Source: Candidatus Cloacimonadales bacterium (lineage in GTDB: Bacteria > Cloacimonadota > Cloacimonadia > Cloacimonadales > JAFGVF01). From it: 64,000 nucleotides of DNA. Made by a program: the position numbers and the translations under genes. The notes beneath the pieces are model-generated. The model saw only the letters and a program-made list of their open reading frames with translations, had not been told where the DNA came from and did no database searches. Positions 1-11,300 of this stretch are shown here, in pieces. Numbering within the stretch: position 1 is the stretch's first letter; every line of letters begins with the position of its first letter. Location of the stretch: assembly GCA_963678315.1 (NCBI GenBank), contig OY782781.1:128001-192000 (forward strand). The letters are read 5' to 3'.

Positions 1-861
1 TATGCCACCACCGCTAATAGCGTTAGTTTGATGAGCACAATCTCCCACTAAGAGAACTCGATCTTTAACAAGGGTCTTTATTGTTTCTTTAACTGGTACT
101 GCTCCACAAGTAAAACGTAACATTTTTGCTTGAGGATATTGAGCTTGCATATATTCATCAAGATGTTGCTTTGCTGTTTTATCTGTTCTTTCAGGATTAA
201 CACCCAAGCCAATATTAGCTTTATTCTTACCTTTAGGAAATACCCAGACATATCCACCTGGAGCCCAATCTGCATTGAAAATAAACTTACATTCTCCATC
301 AGTAAGTGATTTATCATTTACAAGATATTGTGCACAGGAATCTATATCTTCTAGATTTAATTTATTATCTATTCCAAACCATTTAGCAACTCTTCCATCC
401 ACTCCGTCTGCAGCAACTAGAACTTTACTATAAATAGAACTTTTACTAGCATCAATTTCTATTGAGAATAGCTGGCTTGTTTGGTCATATTCAGCATTAG
501 TTACGTTAGCTTGAAGCTTTATATAGGCCCCAGCTTCCAGAGCTCTTTCTGCAAGATATTTATCAAAGAGATTTCTATTAAGAATCAAACCATCTGGTGA
601 GTTATGTATTTCTATTTCATTATTATCAGGTGGGACAAGTTTAACTTTTCTAATTTCAGTTGATACAAGAGATTCAGGAATTTCACCCAAGTCACCAAGA
701 GATTTAGTCATAATCCCTTCTGCACACCTAACAGGTTGTCCTATTTCTTTGTCTCTTTCTAGGATAAGGGTCTTTAGATTCCCCTTAGCACATCTTTCAG
801 CAGTGACAGAGCCAGCAGGTCCTCCACCTATAACAAGTACATCATATACTATTTTATTCAT
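1..861 (-). CDS. Geranylgeranyl reductase family / digeranylgeranylglycerophospholipid reductase-like flavoprotein (3' end runs off the window)
   Basis: Not in the ORF track. My translation from ATG at 861 gives MNKIVYDVLVIGGGPAGSVTAERCAKGNLKTLILERDKEIGQPVRCAEGI..., with GGYVWVFPKGK (about 230-262) and LLVGDCAHQTNAISGGGI at the window edge, which are GGR-family motifs. Confidence 0.88.
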   Translation of the reverse strand, partial: MNKIVYDVLVIGGGPAGSVTAERCAKGNLKTLILERDKEIGQPVRCAEGIMTKSLGDLGEIPESLVSTEIRKVKLVPPDNNEIEIHNSPDGLILNRNLFDKYLAERALEAGAYIKLQANVTNAEYDQTSQLFSIEIDASKSSIYSKVLVAADGVDGRVAKWFGIDNKLNLEDIDSCAQYLVNDKSLTDGECKFIFNADWAPGGYVWVFPKGKNKANIGLGVNPERTDKTAKQHLDEYMQAQYPQAKMLRFTCGAVPVKETIKTLVKDRVLLVGDCAHQTNAISGGGI

Positions 862-1030
862 CTATCTTTAATGCTCCTAAAGGACAGCTTTTCAGACATT
901 TTCTGCATAAAATGCATTTATCATGGTCTATTACAAGATTGTATTGTGTTAAATTTAATGCCAATGTTGGGCATATCGATACACAGCATCCACATCTATC
1001 ACATAATTCTAAATCAATTACAACTTTCAT
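854..1030 (-). CDS. 2x[4Fe-4S] dicluster ferredoxin (58 aa)
   Basis: Missed by the ORF track. Translation MKVVIDLELCDRCGCCVSICPTLALNLTQYNLVIDHDKCILCRKCLKSCPLGALKIDE has two CxxCxxCxxxCP motifs and overlaps both the RecJ-like stop and the GGR start. Confidence 0.93.
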   Translation of the reverse strand: MKVVIDLELCDRCGCCVSICPTLALNLTQYNLVIDHDKCILCRKCLKSCPLGALKIDE

Positions 1031-2582
1031 TGCTCTCTCTAATATCTATTACTTTTAACTGACCGTTGTTAGTTACCTGAAGCATTAAATCATATATATT
1101 ATGCTGTTTAAGAGATTTGCGTAAGTTTGATTCCATAAAGAGTTTAATATTCTTCTCACCTTGTTGATAATTCTTAACAAATATCATTGGCTCTGGGTTC
1201 TCTTGTCCAAAAGGAAGAAGGAAATCTAGGTCTTTCTTTAATTCGTAAGAAAATTCTGAGATATCAAGTGAAGCATTTGCCTGTAAGAACTGGTTTTCCC
1301 TAATTGTTTCACTTTGAGAAGCGAAATACTCTGCATATAGTTCTTTAAATCTATCTAAGTTATCTGGGTGCATAGTAAAGCCAGCAGCTTTAACATGACC
1401 GCCATATTGAATCAAAGATTCTTCACAGTATTTGAAAGCATCAAGAACACTAAAACCATCACTAGATCTACCTTCACAGAAGATTAAATCATCTTTCTTC
1501 TTGAGAATTAAAACTGGTTCTAAAATCTTGTTAACTATAAAAGTAGCACAAGTTCCAATTAGTGGATAAGTAATTTCATTTTCTTGGTCATAATAGATTA
1601 AACCATCTCCTTGATAACCATCAAGGATCTTATCTATGTAGAAACCAATTTCTTGAATGTTCTTTTCCATGGCCTTCTTTTCAGTTTGAATAATACCAAA
1701 GTTATCAAATTTATCTCTGCCCTCATAAATTAAGAAACGTAAGCCATGATGTATTCCACCATCATCTCTGCCGTTAGCTATCAATCTATATGAGTAGTTA
1801 ATAAAGTTCATCTTATCATAATTGTTACGAATCGGGGAACAAACTGAGGTGAGATAATCAAAAGTTGAGCCAGATATATCATTCCAATTATCAAGTACAT
1901 GCCTTACTAATATCCAGTTGATACCAGTCATTGGAACTCTATCAGCGATAGAACCGACAGCAGTCCAGAAGTAATAACTGTTCTTAACTTCTTTATTTAG
2001 AAGTCTTGCTAAATACCGAACCAGCATCAAAGAAACACCCACTCCAGCAAGCATCTTGTAAGGATAGTTACAGTCTTCTCGTTTAGGGTTTATTACTGCA
2101 ATAGTTTTTGGCATGTTTTCTTTTTCAAACATATGATGATCTGTTACTATTAAGTCTATACCTAAAGCGTTAATTTCATCAATCTTTTCGTAAGAAGATA
2201 CTCCATTATCTACTGTGATAACTAAATTTGCTTTTATCTCTTTGATATAGTCAATGAAGTTATCCTGTATTCCATGATGATCAGTCATTCTATTGGGAAT
2301 ATAGTAGTAATGATTTTGAAATCCGCAACTAGTAAGGAAGTCAAATAGTACATAAGTTGCAGTAACTCCATCAGGATCATCATGACCAAAGATTACTATT
2401 TTCTCGTTATTATAAAGAGCATCTATGATTCTTTTAGCACCGACTTCCATATCAGCAAAAAGCTCTTCATTGGGAAGATCTTCAAGCTTCAACTTATAAT
2501 CTTCATAATCCATTTTTCTTGTATCAATTATTTGTTCTAAAAATCCTTTATTATTCTCTTCATATAACCATCTTAATTGCAT
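1014..2582 (-). CDS. recJ: RecJ-like DHH/DHHA1 phosphoesterase (divergent ssDNA exonuclease)
   Basis: Motifs GHDDPDG, ITVDNG, TDHH, INPK..YPYKMLAGVGV, IADRVPM and GGHVKAAGF. Confidence 0.75.
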   Translation of the reverse strand: MQLRWLYEENNKGFLEQIIDTRKMDYEDYKLKLEDLPNEELFADMEVGAKRIIDALYNNEKIVIFGHDDPDGVTATYVLFDFLTSCGFQNHYYYIPNRMTDHHGIQDNFIDYIKEIKANLVITVDNGVSSYEKIDEINALGIDLIVTDHHMFEKENMPKTIAVINPKREDCNYPYKMLAGVGVSLMLVRYLARLLNKEVKNSYYFWTAVGSIADRVPMTGINWILVRHVLDNWNDISGSTFDYLTSVCSPIRNNYDKMNFINYSYRLIANGRDDGGIHHGLRFLIYEGRDKFDNFGIIQTEKKAMEKNIQEIGFYIDKILDGYQGDGLIYYDQENEITYPLIGTCATFIVNKILEPVLILKKKDDLIFCEGRSSDGFSVLDAFKYCEESLIQYGGHVKAAGFTMHPDNLDRFKELYAEYFASQSETIRENQFLQANASLDISEFSYELKKDLDFLLPFGQENPEPMIFVKNYQQGEKNIKLFMESNLRKSLKQHNIYDLMLQVTNNGQLKVIDIRESNESCN

Positions 2583-2597
2583 TAAAAGTAATCCTTG

Positions 2598-3848
2598 TTA
2601 GTTTATATCTTCTTTAATCGGTATCTCTCTTGGCTCTGTTCTTCTGTATACTTTCTTGAATATATCAAAGCCAGAGAAGCCTATATTAAGCATTAATGAT
2701 CTATCTTCTATACCATGGATTGATTCATCCCCACGAATCAAGTATTCCACAGCTATATCTATTTTATCTATTTTAGAATGTAGAGGTAATGAGAATCCAA
2801 ATGAAGCAGCTTGTTCATAGATCTTCTCATTGTTATAGTCAAAAGGAAGTTCTCTATATGAGACACCAACTCTAAGAGGAACATACTTCCAGAATCCATT
2901 CTTTCTTACTTTTGGTTCATAACCAAATCCTAGACCTACTTTCCAAGCATTATGATAATCGGTTCCCATAAAATCATCCCATATTTCATAGTTAACATCT
3001 GAAACAAACTTAAATTTACCTAGCCACTTTTTAGCAAAACCTAATCCAAATCTATGAGGTAATTTATATGTATCATCTTCTAACTCTTCTGTAGAATGAA
3101 TTGTAAAATATTCACTTTCAGTATCAAAATCTCTACCCATTTCATATCTAGCACCAATAGACCAAGTAGCTGATTGCTTTAAGAAACCTGCAGTAAGTCC
3201 AACATTGGTGAATGTATATCTTGACTTGTAACGAGCATTTGCCTGTCCTGTTGAATCAAAACCATTATCCTGAATATACTCTTGTTCCCTATGTCCAATA
3301 TAGATATTAGGTCCTAAACCTATACTCCAACCCTGACTAAATCTATAACCATAATATAAATCTAATTTATAGATATATGAATCAATCAAGTTCTCTTCAT
3401 AATAAGCAGTTGAATCGCCAGTGGTACTAGCTTCTGAATAGCCAGTTATTAATCTATTTTGAACATTTCCAGATTGAGAAGAATTAAATTGAAATGCAAA
3501 TCTATGCTTTCTATAAGGAGCAACAATACTGAAGAATGGAAAATCTAATGCTTCATCAGTAAAATGACCTTCATTCTCAGTGTTATATCTTACATATCCA
3601 GATTTTAAAGCAGTGTAGAAATTCACAGTGTTAGCTGTATTAACTAAGGCCGGATTAGAATATCCATGAACTAGTCTTAATCCATCACCGATACTAGCAT
3701 CACCTAAACCTTGACTATAAACATCGTTACCAAGGTACTGGTAAGGCATTCCTGCAACAGAAAAAATAGAGTTACCTGCGTACAATCCACTAGCACATAT
3801 AATTGCTAATATTATCATTATTTTTGCAATTAAATTTATTTTAAACAT
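2598..3848 (-). CDS. FadL/OmpP1-like outer membrane beta-barrel protein
   Basis: Signal peptide, an N-terminal plug with GLG...SNPA, and many amphipathic beta strands. Confidence 0.65.
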   Translation of the reverse strand: MFKINLIAKIMIILAIICASGLYAGNSIFSVAGMPYQYLGNDVYSQGLGDASIGDGLRLVHGYSNPALVNTANTVNFYTALKSGYVRYNTENEGHFTDEALDFPFFSIVAPYRKHRFAFQFNSSQSGNVQNRLITGYSEASTTGDSTAYYEENLIDSYIYKLDLYYGYRFSQGWSIGLGPNIYIGHREQEYIQDNGFDSTGQANARYKSRYTFTNVGLTAGFLKQSATWSIGARYEMGRDFDTESEYFTIHSTEELEDDTYKLPHRFGLGFAKKWLGKFKFVSDVNYEIWDDFMGTDYHNAWKVGLGFGYEPKVRKNGFWKYVPLRVGVSYRELPFDYNNEKIYEQAASFGFSLPLHSKIDKIDIAVEYLIRGDESIHGIEDRSLMLNIGFSGFDIFKKVYRRTEPREIPIKEDIN

Positions 3849-4001
3849 ATTTTTAGCTCCGTTTCTATTTGTCTCTCAAAGAAATAATATTAGTAATCAT
3901 TTGTCAATATTCTTTTTTAGCTAGTTTTGACTAGTGTTTCAGTAATCTAATTATTCTTCATAACAATTATCTCAGAAGATGCATTATTTAGCTTTTAGCA
4001 C

Positions 4002-4033
4002 AAAAAAAAGAGCCTTGAACAAGTCAAAGCTCT
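4002..4033 (-). terminator. Rho-independent terminator of rocD
   Basis: AGAGCTTTGA-CTTGT-TCAAGGCTCT stem followed by a T run on the minus strand. Confidence 0.75.
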
Positions 4034-4057
4034 ATGTCTATATTATAATATAATTTA

Positions 4058-5299
4058 CTATAAAGTTTCGAATACTGATTTGATAATACCAACAGCTTCA
4101 CGAAGTTCTGATTCAGTGATAACTAGTGGTGGAGCAAATCTGATAATGTGTCTGTGAGTTGGCTTACAAAGTAGACCAGCTTCTTTAAGTTTAACACATA
4201 CATCCCATGCTTCTAAACCATCTTTAGGTTCAACAACTATAGCATTAAGAAGACCTTTACCTCTAACTAATTTAATCATTGGGTGATTAAGAGCTACAAG
4301 TTCTTCTCTAAAGATTTTACCTAATTCAAAAGCCTTTTCAGTTAAGTTTTCTTCTTTAATAACTGTAAGAGCTGCTTTTGCAACAGCACATGCTACAGGG
4401 TTTCCGCCGAAAGTAGAACCATGTTGACCAGGTTTGATAGTAAGCATAATATCTTTGTCAGCAAGAACAGCTGAAACAGGATATACACCACCAGAAATAG
4501 CTTTACCTAAGATAAGAACGTCAGGACGTACATTATCATAGTCACATGCTAATAAGCGACCAGTTCTAGCAATACCTGTTTGAACTTCATCAGCGATGAA
4601 AAGAACGTTATGTTTCTTACAGATATCAAAACATGTTTTTACATAACCTTCGTCTGGAACGAATACACCAGCTTCACCTTGGATAGGTTCAACGATGAAT
4701 GCAGCGATATTTTTGCCTTCAGCTTCTAAAAGAGCTTCAAGAGCAGCAGGATCATTATAAGGAACCTTTTTGATACCAGGGACAAATGGACCAAAACCAT
4801 CAAAGCAATCAGGGTCAATTGAAGCTGAAACAATAGAGATAGTTCTACCGTGGAAGTTACCTTCTGCAAAAACAAGAACTGCTTTTCCATTTTCGATACC
4901 TTTCACATCATAACCCCATCTACGAGCAAGTTTCATTGCTGTTTCAACAGCTTCAGCACCACTATTCATAGGAAGAACCATATCGAAACCGAAGAATTCA
5001 GTGATGAACTTTTCATATTCGCCTAAGTTGTTACTATAGAAAGCTCTTGATGTAAGAGTTAGAGTTTTAGCTTGTTCAATCATTGCATCAATTATTTTTG
5101 GATGACAGTGACCTTGGTTTACAGCTGAATAAGCTGATAAGAAATCAAAGTATTTGTTTCCTTCTGGATCCCATACGAAAGGACCTTGACCTTTTGCTAA
5201 AACAACAGGTAGTGGGTGGTAATTATGAGCACCATACTTGTCTTCGAAATCCATAGCTGTTTGAGAACTTATTGTTCCATATTTTAATGTATCAGACAT
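4058..5299 (-). CDS. rocD: Ornithine--oxo-acid aminotransferase
   Basis: [49 protein letters not shown] and HGSTFGGNP. Confidence 0.96.
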   Translation of the reverse strand: MSDTLKYGTISSQTAMDFEDKYGAHNYHPLPVVLAKGQGPFVWDPEGNKYFDFLSAYSAVNQGHCHPKIIDAMIEQAKTLTLTSRAFYSNNLGEYEKFITEFFGFDMVLPMNSGAEAVETAMKLARRWGYDVKGIENGKAVLVFAEGNFHGRTISIVSASIDPDCFDGFGPFVPGIKKVPYNDPAALEALLEAEGKNIAAFIVEPIQGEAGVFVPDEGYVKTCFDICKKHNVLFIADEVQTGIARTGRLLACDYDNVRPDVLILGKAISGGVYPVSAVLADKDIMLTIKPGQHGSTFGGNPVACAVAKAALTVIKEENLTEKAFELGKIFREELVALNHPMIKLVRGKGLLNAIVVEPKDGLEAWDVCVKLKEAGLLCKPTHRHIIRFAPPLVITESELREAVGIIKSVFETL

Positions 5300-5372
5300 T
5301 TGTCTCCTCCAGAATATTATTTTTTAAGTCTTTTTTCTATATTTTATGTTTAATGTCAAATCATTTTTTACT

Positions 5373-8300
5373 TTAGAATGTAATTTTGACCCAGAGTGAG
5401 AATGAAATCTTTTTAACATCCCTATTTGACTTCTTATCTTGTGTCATTTCGTAAGATAGTTTAGATCCACCATCGATATTTTTATGGAACTTATAGGAGA
5501 CTTCAGGAATAACCGAGTAAGTAATTTTATTCTCTCTTACTAGAGTTTCACTAGAACCCTTTTCAGTCATATAATTCTTAGTCCAATTAACATTGGTTCT
5601 AAGAGTCATATCATTTTTAAGACGGATACTAGAGCCAATCAATGGAAGTTTAAATCCTTCTACAGCTTTAAATGACCAAGATACTGAGCCAGTAACAGTT
5701 TGATCTTTATCATTAGTAATCTTATCAAAAGTATTCTTATCTTCAGTAGTCTTAGTAGAATACTGGTTGTATGATGCTGTAGTTATAACATTGTTCGCCC
5801 AATTACCAGTCCAACTAAACATAGGAGCAAAGTTTGTTCGAACTGTTCTAGAATCTGGCTTACTCCAACCAATATCACCTTTCTCTTCAACTTCATAAGT
5901 ATAGCCTGTTCCAATAGAACTTGAAGTAAGAATATCTCCAAAGCCAAAATAACTCTGTATATCTGTTACGTTAATATCTATTTCAGGGAAAGTTGTAATT
6001 ATAGTCTGAGAAGAATTACTAGACCAACGTTTATTGTTTTCATAAGTATAATAGATTGAAGTATTGAAGTTCTTATATGAGAATCTAGTTTCTGCATCAA
6101 ATTGATTGTTATTGTCTTTAACTTCAATTAGATCAGGGTCAAGAGAATAAGGAATACCAAGTTGGAACTGGTATTGAGGCCTATTATCTAGGTTTTTATA
6201 GTTCATGTTATAATCATTTTTATAACCAAACTCTAGATTACTAAAGCCAGCTACCCAATCAATAATACTTATATAAGAGAAACTCTCTCTATTAGATTCC
6301 TTATCATCTTTTTCATCTTTATCTTCTTTAGGCTTATCTCCATCCTTTCCAGGTCTACCTGAAGTTAAGGCATCATTTAAATCATAGAGAGTAACAATTC
6401 TGTCACGCATCTCTTTGAGTTGTCTCTCAATCTCTTCTCTATCTTTCTCATCTTTTATATCATTCTTTTTCTTGTCTAATTCCTTTATTTCTACCTTAAG
6501 TCTTTCAATTTCTTTTAAATACTTTGCATTTTCAGGAGTAGAAGCTTTAACATCTTCACGACCTCTGTCTTTATCCTCTTTAGCTTCTTCAAGTTCCTTT
6601 TCTTCTTTCGGATCTTTACTTTCTTTAGGGTCATAATCTTCTTTAGCTTTATCGCCATCCTTCTTCGGACTGTTTGGAGTTCTACTTCTAAGATAATCTG
6701 CTAAATCAGAAAGTAAATCAGAGTTGTTAAATACTAAGTCTACATTGAAGGTTCTGTTAACACTACCATCATGTTTAAACTTGATTATGTCTTCATCTTC
6801 CTCTTCATCATCATAAGTGTAGGAGTTACTCTTTTGTGACCTAGATTCGTTAAATACAACTTGTCCGTTCGAATTAACATCCAAAATCGAAGGTATTAAC
6901 TCTGGAGCAAAATTATAGGTAATTGTCTGCTTATAATCACTCTCTTCACCTATATTAATATTATTGATTCTATTCTTATAGGTTAAATCACGTTCAGTCT
7001 CAATCTTATAGGAAGAGCTTAAGTAAGATTTGTTCTTTGCAGTAATCAGAGGGAACTCTACATAGTTCTCTGTTTTAACAGCCCTTGTAGATTGATTTGA
7101 ACTTGCTGTATCATCTTCCCAGTAAATCAGTGTATCTGTTCTTGTAAGTTTATACTTATCTGGATTAGTAGAATTGAAAGTAACTGTATTCTCTATTTCA
7201 GAAGGGAATAAGTTAATCTTTAAATCATCCCAAATCTTGAAGCCACGATTAACACTTCCAAGGTTTAAGTCGTAAGCTAGAGTTCCGTTATGTTTGAAAG
7301 TAGTATCTGCCCTTGTTGATGTAATATTATCTGACAAAGTAGCATCCGCGCTCAAAGACAAACTTCCAAGTGTATAGTCCATCCATGGATTATCTGTTTT
7401 ACCTTTCCTAAAGCTCCAAGTACCTTTATAAGTGGTTGATTCAGTTTTCTCTAGATCCTTCTCAAAATCACTAAGATCATCTCTTAAGATATCAGAATTT
7501 GCCTTAAATCTTGGAATAGAAGATGATTTACTGTAATCAAAAGTAAGAGGCATAGTAATATTCCAATCATCATTAAAGAACTTGTGCATTGAGAAATTGT
7601 TCTTTACCGATATAGAAGATGTTTCCATAAATGAGCTAGATGTAGTAGATCTATCAGGTTTATTAACAAAGTTCTCAGATTCTTGATTAATGTCCACATT
7701 GATAGTATACAAATCAGCAAACTTACTGTTCATGGTAACACGAGCTTTGTAACCACTGTTTTCATAAGGGTCAGCAACTCTAATATCATTAAAATATACT
7801 TTACCAGAGAATTCAGATCCTGCTAGAGGCTGTACACCTAGATTTAGTTCTTTGATACTTGATAGTGTTGGATTACCTACTTTACGATATGATCTTAAAC
7901 CATCAACATACAAAGTATCATTATCTGAATTAGAAGCCATGTTTAGGTTCTTCAGTTCTGTTATCTCAGAAAAATCAATATCAACTTCTTTCCAGTTATT
8001 TCTACTCATCTGAGTAGCATATATTATAGGAGCAACTTTTTCTTTTATCTCATAATAGTTCAAGCTATCAGCACCTAAGCGTATAATCACATTTAATGAA
8101 TCGGCTGTATGCAATTCCCCTTGTTCTAGTTCAGGATAAACCCAGAATCGAAGAGAGTTATAAAGAAGCATATTAGTTGATTCTGTAGACTTCTGTCTAA
8201 CCAAAGCTAGTTGACCTTCCTGTAGGTTGTTAATAGAAATATTAAGAGACTGTTCTAATGTCTCTTCTCCTTCAGAAGTAGTAAATGTACCTGAAGGAGG

Positions 8301-11300
8301 AGTGTAGTGATTATCTTTTTGGTTATCTGTAATACCAACAATAAAAGAAGTATTATTAGCATCAAGTTCATCTTGTGGTACTGATGTTTCAAAGTGGTCA
8401 TCAGATGATTCTGTATCAACTAATAAAACAGGTCTTTCTTCCCATTTATTACCAACAACATTTAATTCAGCAATAGTTATTCTAACAGTTTTATCAACTT
8501 CAGCCCAAACTCTTGCATAAGAAATCTTACTTAAATCAGGATTTATTCCTGTAGTATTTGAAATAGCGTTATATATATCTTGATCTGAGATTGGTATTCG
8601 ATAAAGTTTCCATCCTCTATACTCAGACTCTAAGAAATCAAAATTATTACTAGAAAGAGGGATAGAGTATTCAAAATATCTATTGAGAGTATTAAGAGTA
8701 CCATTACCATCAAGGTCTTCAGTATCAAGTTCATTATTACCTTCAGTACCATTAATAAAGAGATAATCCCCATCACTATTTTGATTATCATTTGAAGAAT
8801 CAAGAGGGTCATCACCTGGAAGTCCATTCTTTACTCCATCAAGACCTACATCTTCTGTTCTTACATCAAGAATACCATCAATAATTCCATCGGAGATACC
8901 ATCTTCTGTATTTAAGAATCCCTCTCCACCATTGAAAGTATAGAAGTCCTCACTGATATCACCTAAATCGATATGAAGGGTAACATTTGCTTCTTGTGAT
9001 CCGTAAGTAGTATCTATCTTCGCAAGGATTTCAACATACTTCTTTTCTGAGAAATCAACTTGGTTACCGATATACTTCATCACACCACCCCAAGAACGGT
9101 TAACTATATTTGGTGAAGATATTTCTGGAGGAACTATCTTCATTGCCAATACACTTACCTCTTCTTCTTCCTGATCTGAATCCATAGTAGAAGGGTCATA
9201 GACTTCTTTCATAAGAATATTCTCAGGGTTAAACCAATGAGTTCTTGCTTTTGGCATACTTGTATTTGCTGGTTTAGATGCTTCTGACCAAGTCTTACGA
9301 GTAACACCAAGAGGATATTCATCTAGAATTCCTTCCATGTCATCGATGTAAGCTTCTTTTTTCTTGCCGTCTGGATTACCATATATGTTTGGGAAAGAAA
9401 GAGCAACCTCACTAGAAAGCTCAAACTTTGATTCAACATCTGTTTCAACCAAAGGAAGCCAATCAACCATATCAGTCATAAAGCGTGGGTTAATTTGATA
9501 TTTCGCATCGATATCTGCCAACATTAATTCTATGTTCTCTTCCCCTATCTTAGGATGCTTGTCTTGAACACTCTCGGTACGGTATATAAATGTACCACCA
9601 ATGTTAAAATTCTCAAAACCTTTATAATCTGCCCTAATACCAAACAATTGTCTTTGGTCAACACCAAATCCAGATTTAAACTCATAATCAATAGTAATTT
9701 CAGCATTTGGATCTTTACCAGCTGCTGTCAAGAAAGTAACATTACCAAAATCATAATCTACTATATAATCAACATTTTCTTTTTGCTTATTGCCATTAAC
9801 TTTAACTACAACACTTCCTCTCAAGATGTTGGTATGACCTAATGAAATTTCGTCTTTACCTATTTTACCAGTAATAACCATTTGATAGGTATATTCTTCT
9901 GAGTTTATGCTTTCATTTTCATCTTGGTAAATAAGAGTATCATTTAAAGCTGCGAAAGGCTCTAGCATTGGATAAGTAACATAACCAGCACTCAAATCAA
10001 TCGAAGTATCACTTCCATCTACCTTGCCATCACCATTAGTATCTAAGAGTAGAAAATCATTTATGGTCGTAAATCCACCACTATCTATATCAGAAGGAAC
10101 ATCATAGTCATATTCACCATTAGAAGTCTCTTGAAATACTCGTAAAGAGAAGTCTTCATTATCAATATTCTGAGCATTCAAACTATAAACATTACGTGCT
10201 TGTAAATGCCAAGTATAGAAACGATTATCAGGTAAGCCATCACCATCTGCATCAACACTTTCAAAGGCAAAATCTTTTGGATCAACATCTTCTAAGTATG
10301 ATTGGTTTCTAACTCTCAATAGCTTTACATAAACACTTTCTTCATTTGAAGCATCGTAAGTTGGAATTTGGACTCCATTTCTTTGGGTATATCTCACACC
10401 TATTGTATAGCTTTTATTGATTGTTTTTAACATTTTAAGAACACCTGAATCATAATCATAGATGTAATCAGTTCCTTCAGAAAGAAGGTCGAATTGTGGT
10501 ATGAAAGGTGTATCAGCTTCGACCATTTCAAAGCCAGGGATTGTTGAAGTATTGTTGCTTACATTAGCATCATCTAGGTATACTTCAAGGGTTCCATCAG
10601 CAGGAAGGACATCTGCATCAAATACTAGATAAGAACCATTTTCGTCCATTTTAATAGCATTATTCACCCATCCTTCAGGTACCTCTTGACTGCTTCCAGG
10701 AATTGTATCGCCATCTTGATATAGTAAGAAAAGATGATATGGATTAACAACATAATACATATCTCTACGAGTATAGTCCTTAACGTTAACTTCGGTAGAA
10801 TCGCTTTGAGCTTTATTTTTAAAGACCTGTTTTTCTTTTTCACTTTCTTCTTGACTGGCTACAGCAGTTAGTTCTAAGTCTCCAATTTTCATATCGGTTC
10901 TAATACCAAAAAGTCCTTGAGATGAAGACACAGAACCTACAAATTGAGAGTTACCAGAAAGGTCTAAAGAAATATCACCAGCTTCAACTGATTGAACAAT
11001 TTCATCTTCAAAACCTTGATAGCTAATGTTAATATTGTTTGGATTAAAGAAAGATTCTTCTTGATTTGAATTATAACTTAAATCAACGTGTATTTTTTCT
11101 CCTATTGTACCCTTCAATTTCATATCTAATTCTTGTTCCATTTTAGGGGTAAAAGAGGAAGAGTTATCAGATTCAGAAAGTCCTAAGTTATCATTTTCAG
11201 TACTAGTTGCAGAAATGGTCAGTTTTTCGCTACCAGAAAAACTTAGTCGTCCAGCTTTATCACCAAAAATTCTTCTCACAGTCTTTGAACGTGCAAACTT

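Noticed and set aside
871..1062. Track ORF on the + strand (63 aa), and 78-317 on the minus strand
   Set aside because: Shadows of the real minus-strand ferredoxin and GGR reading frames.
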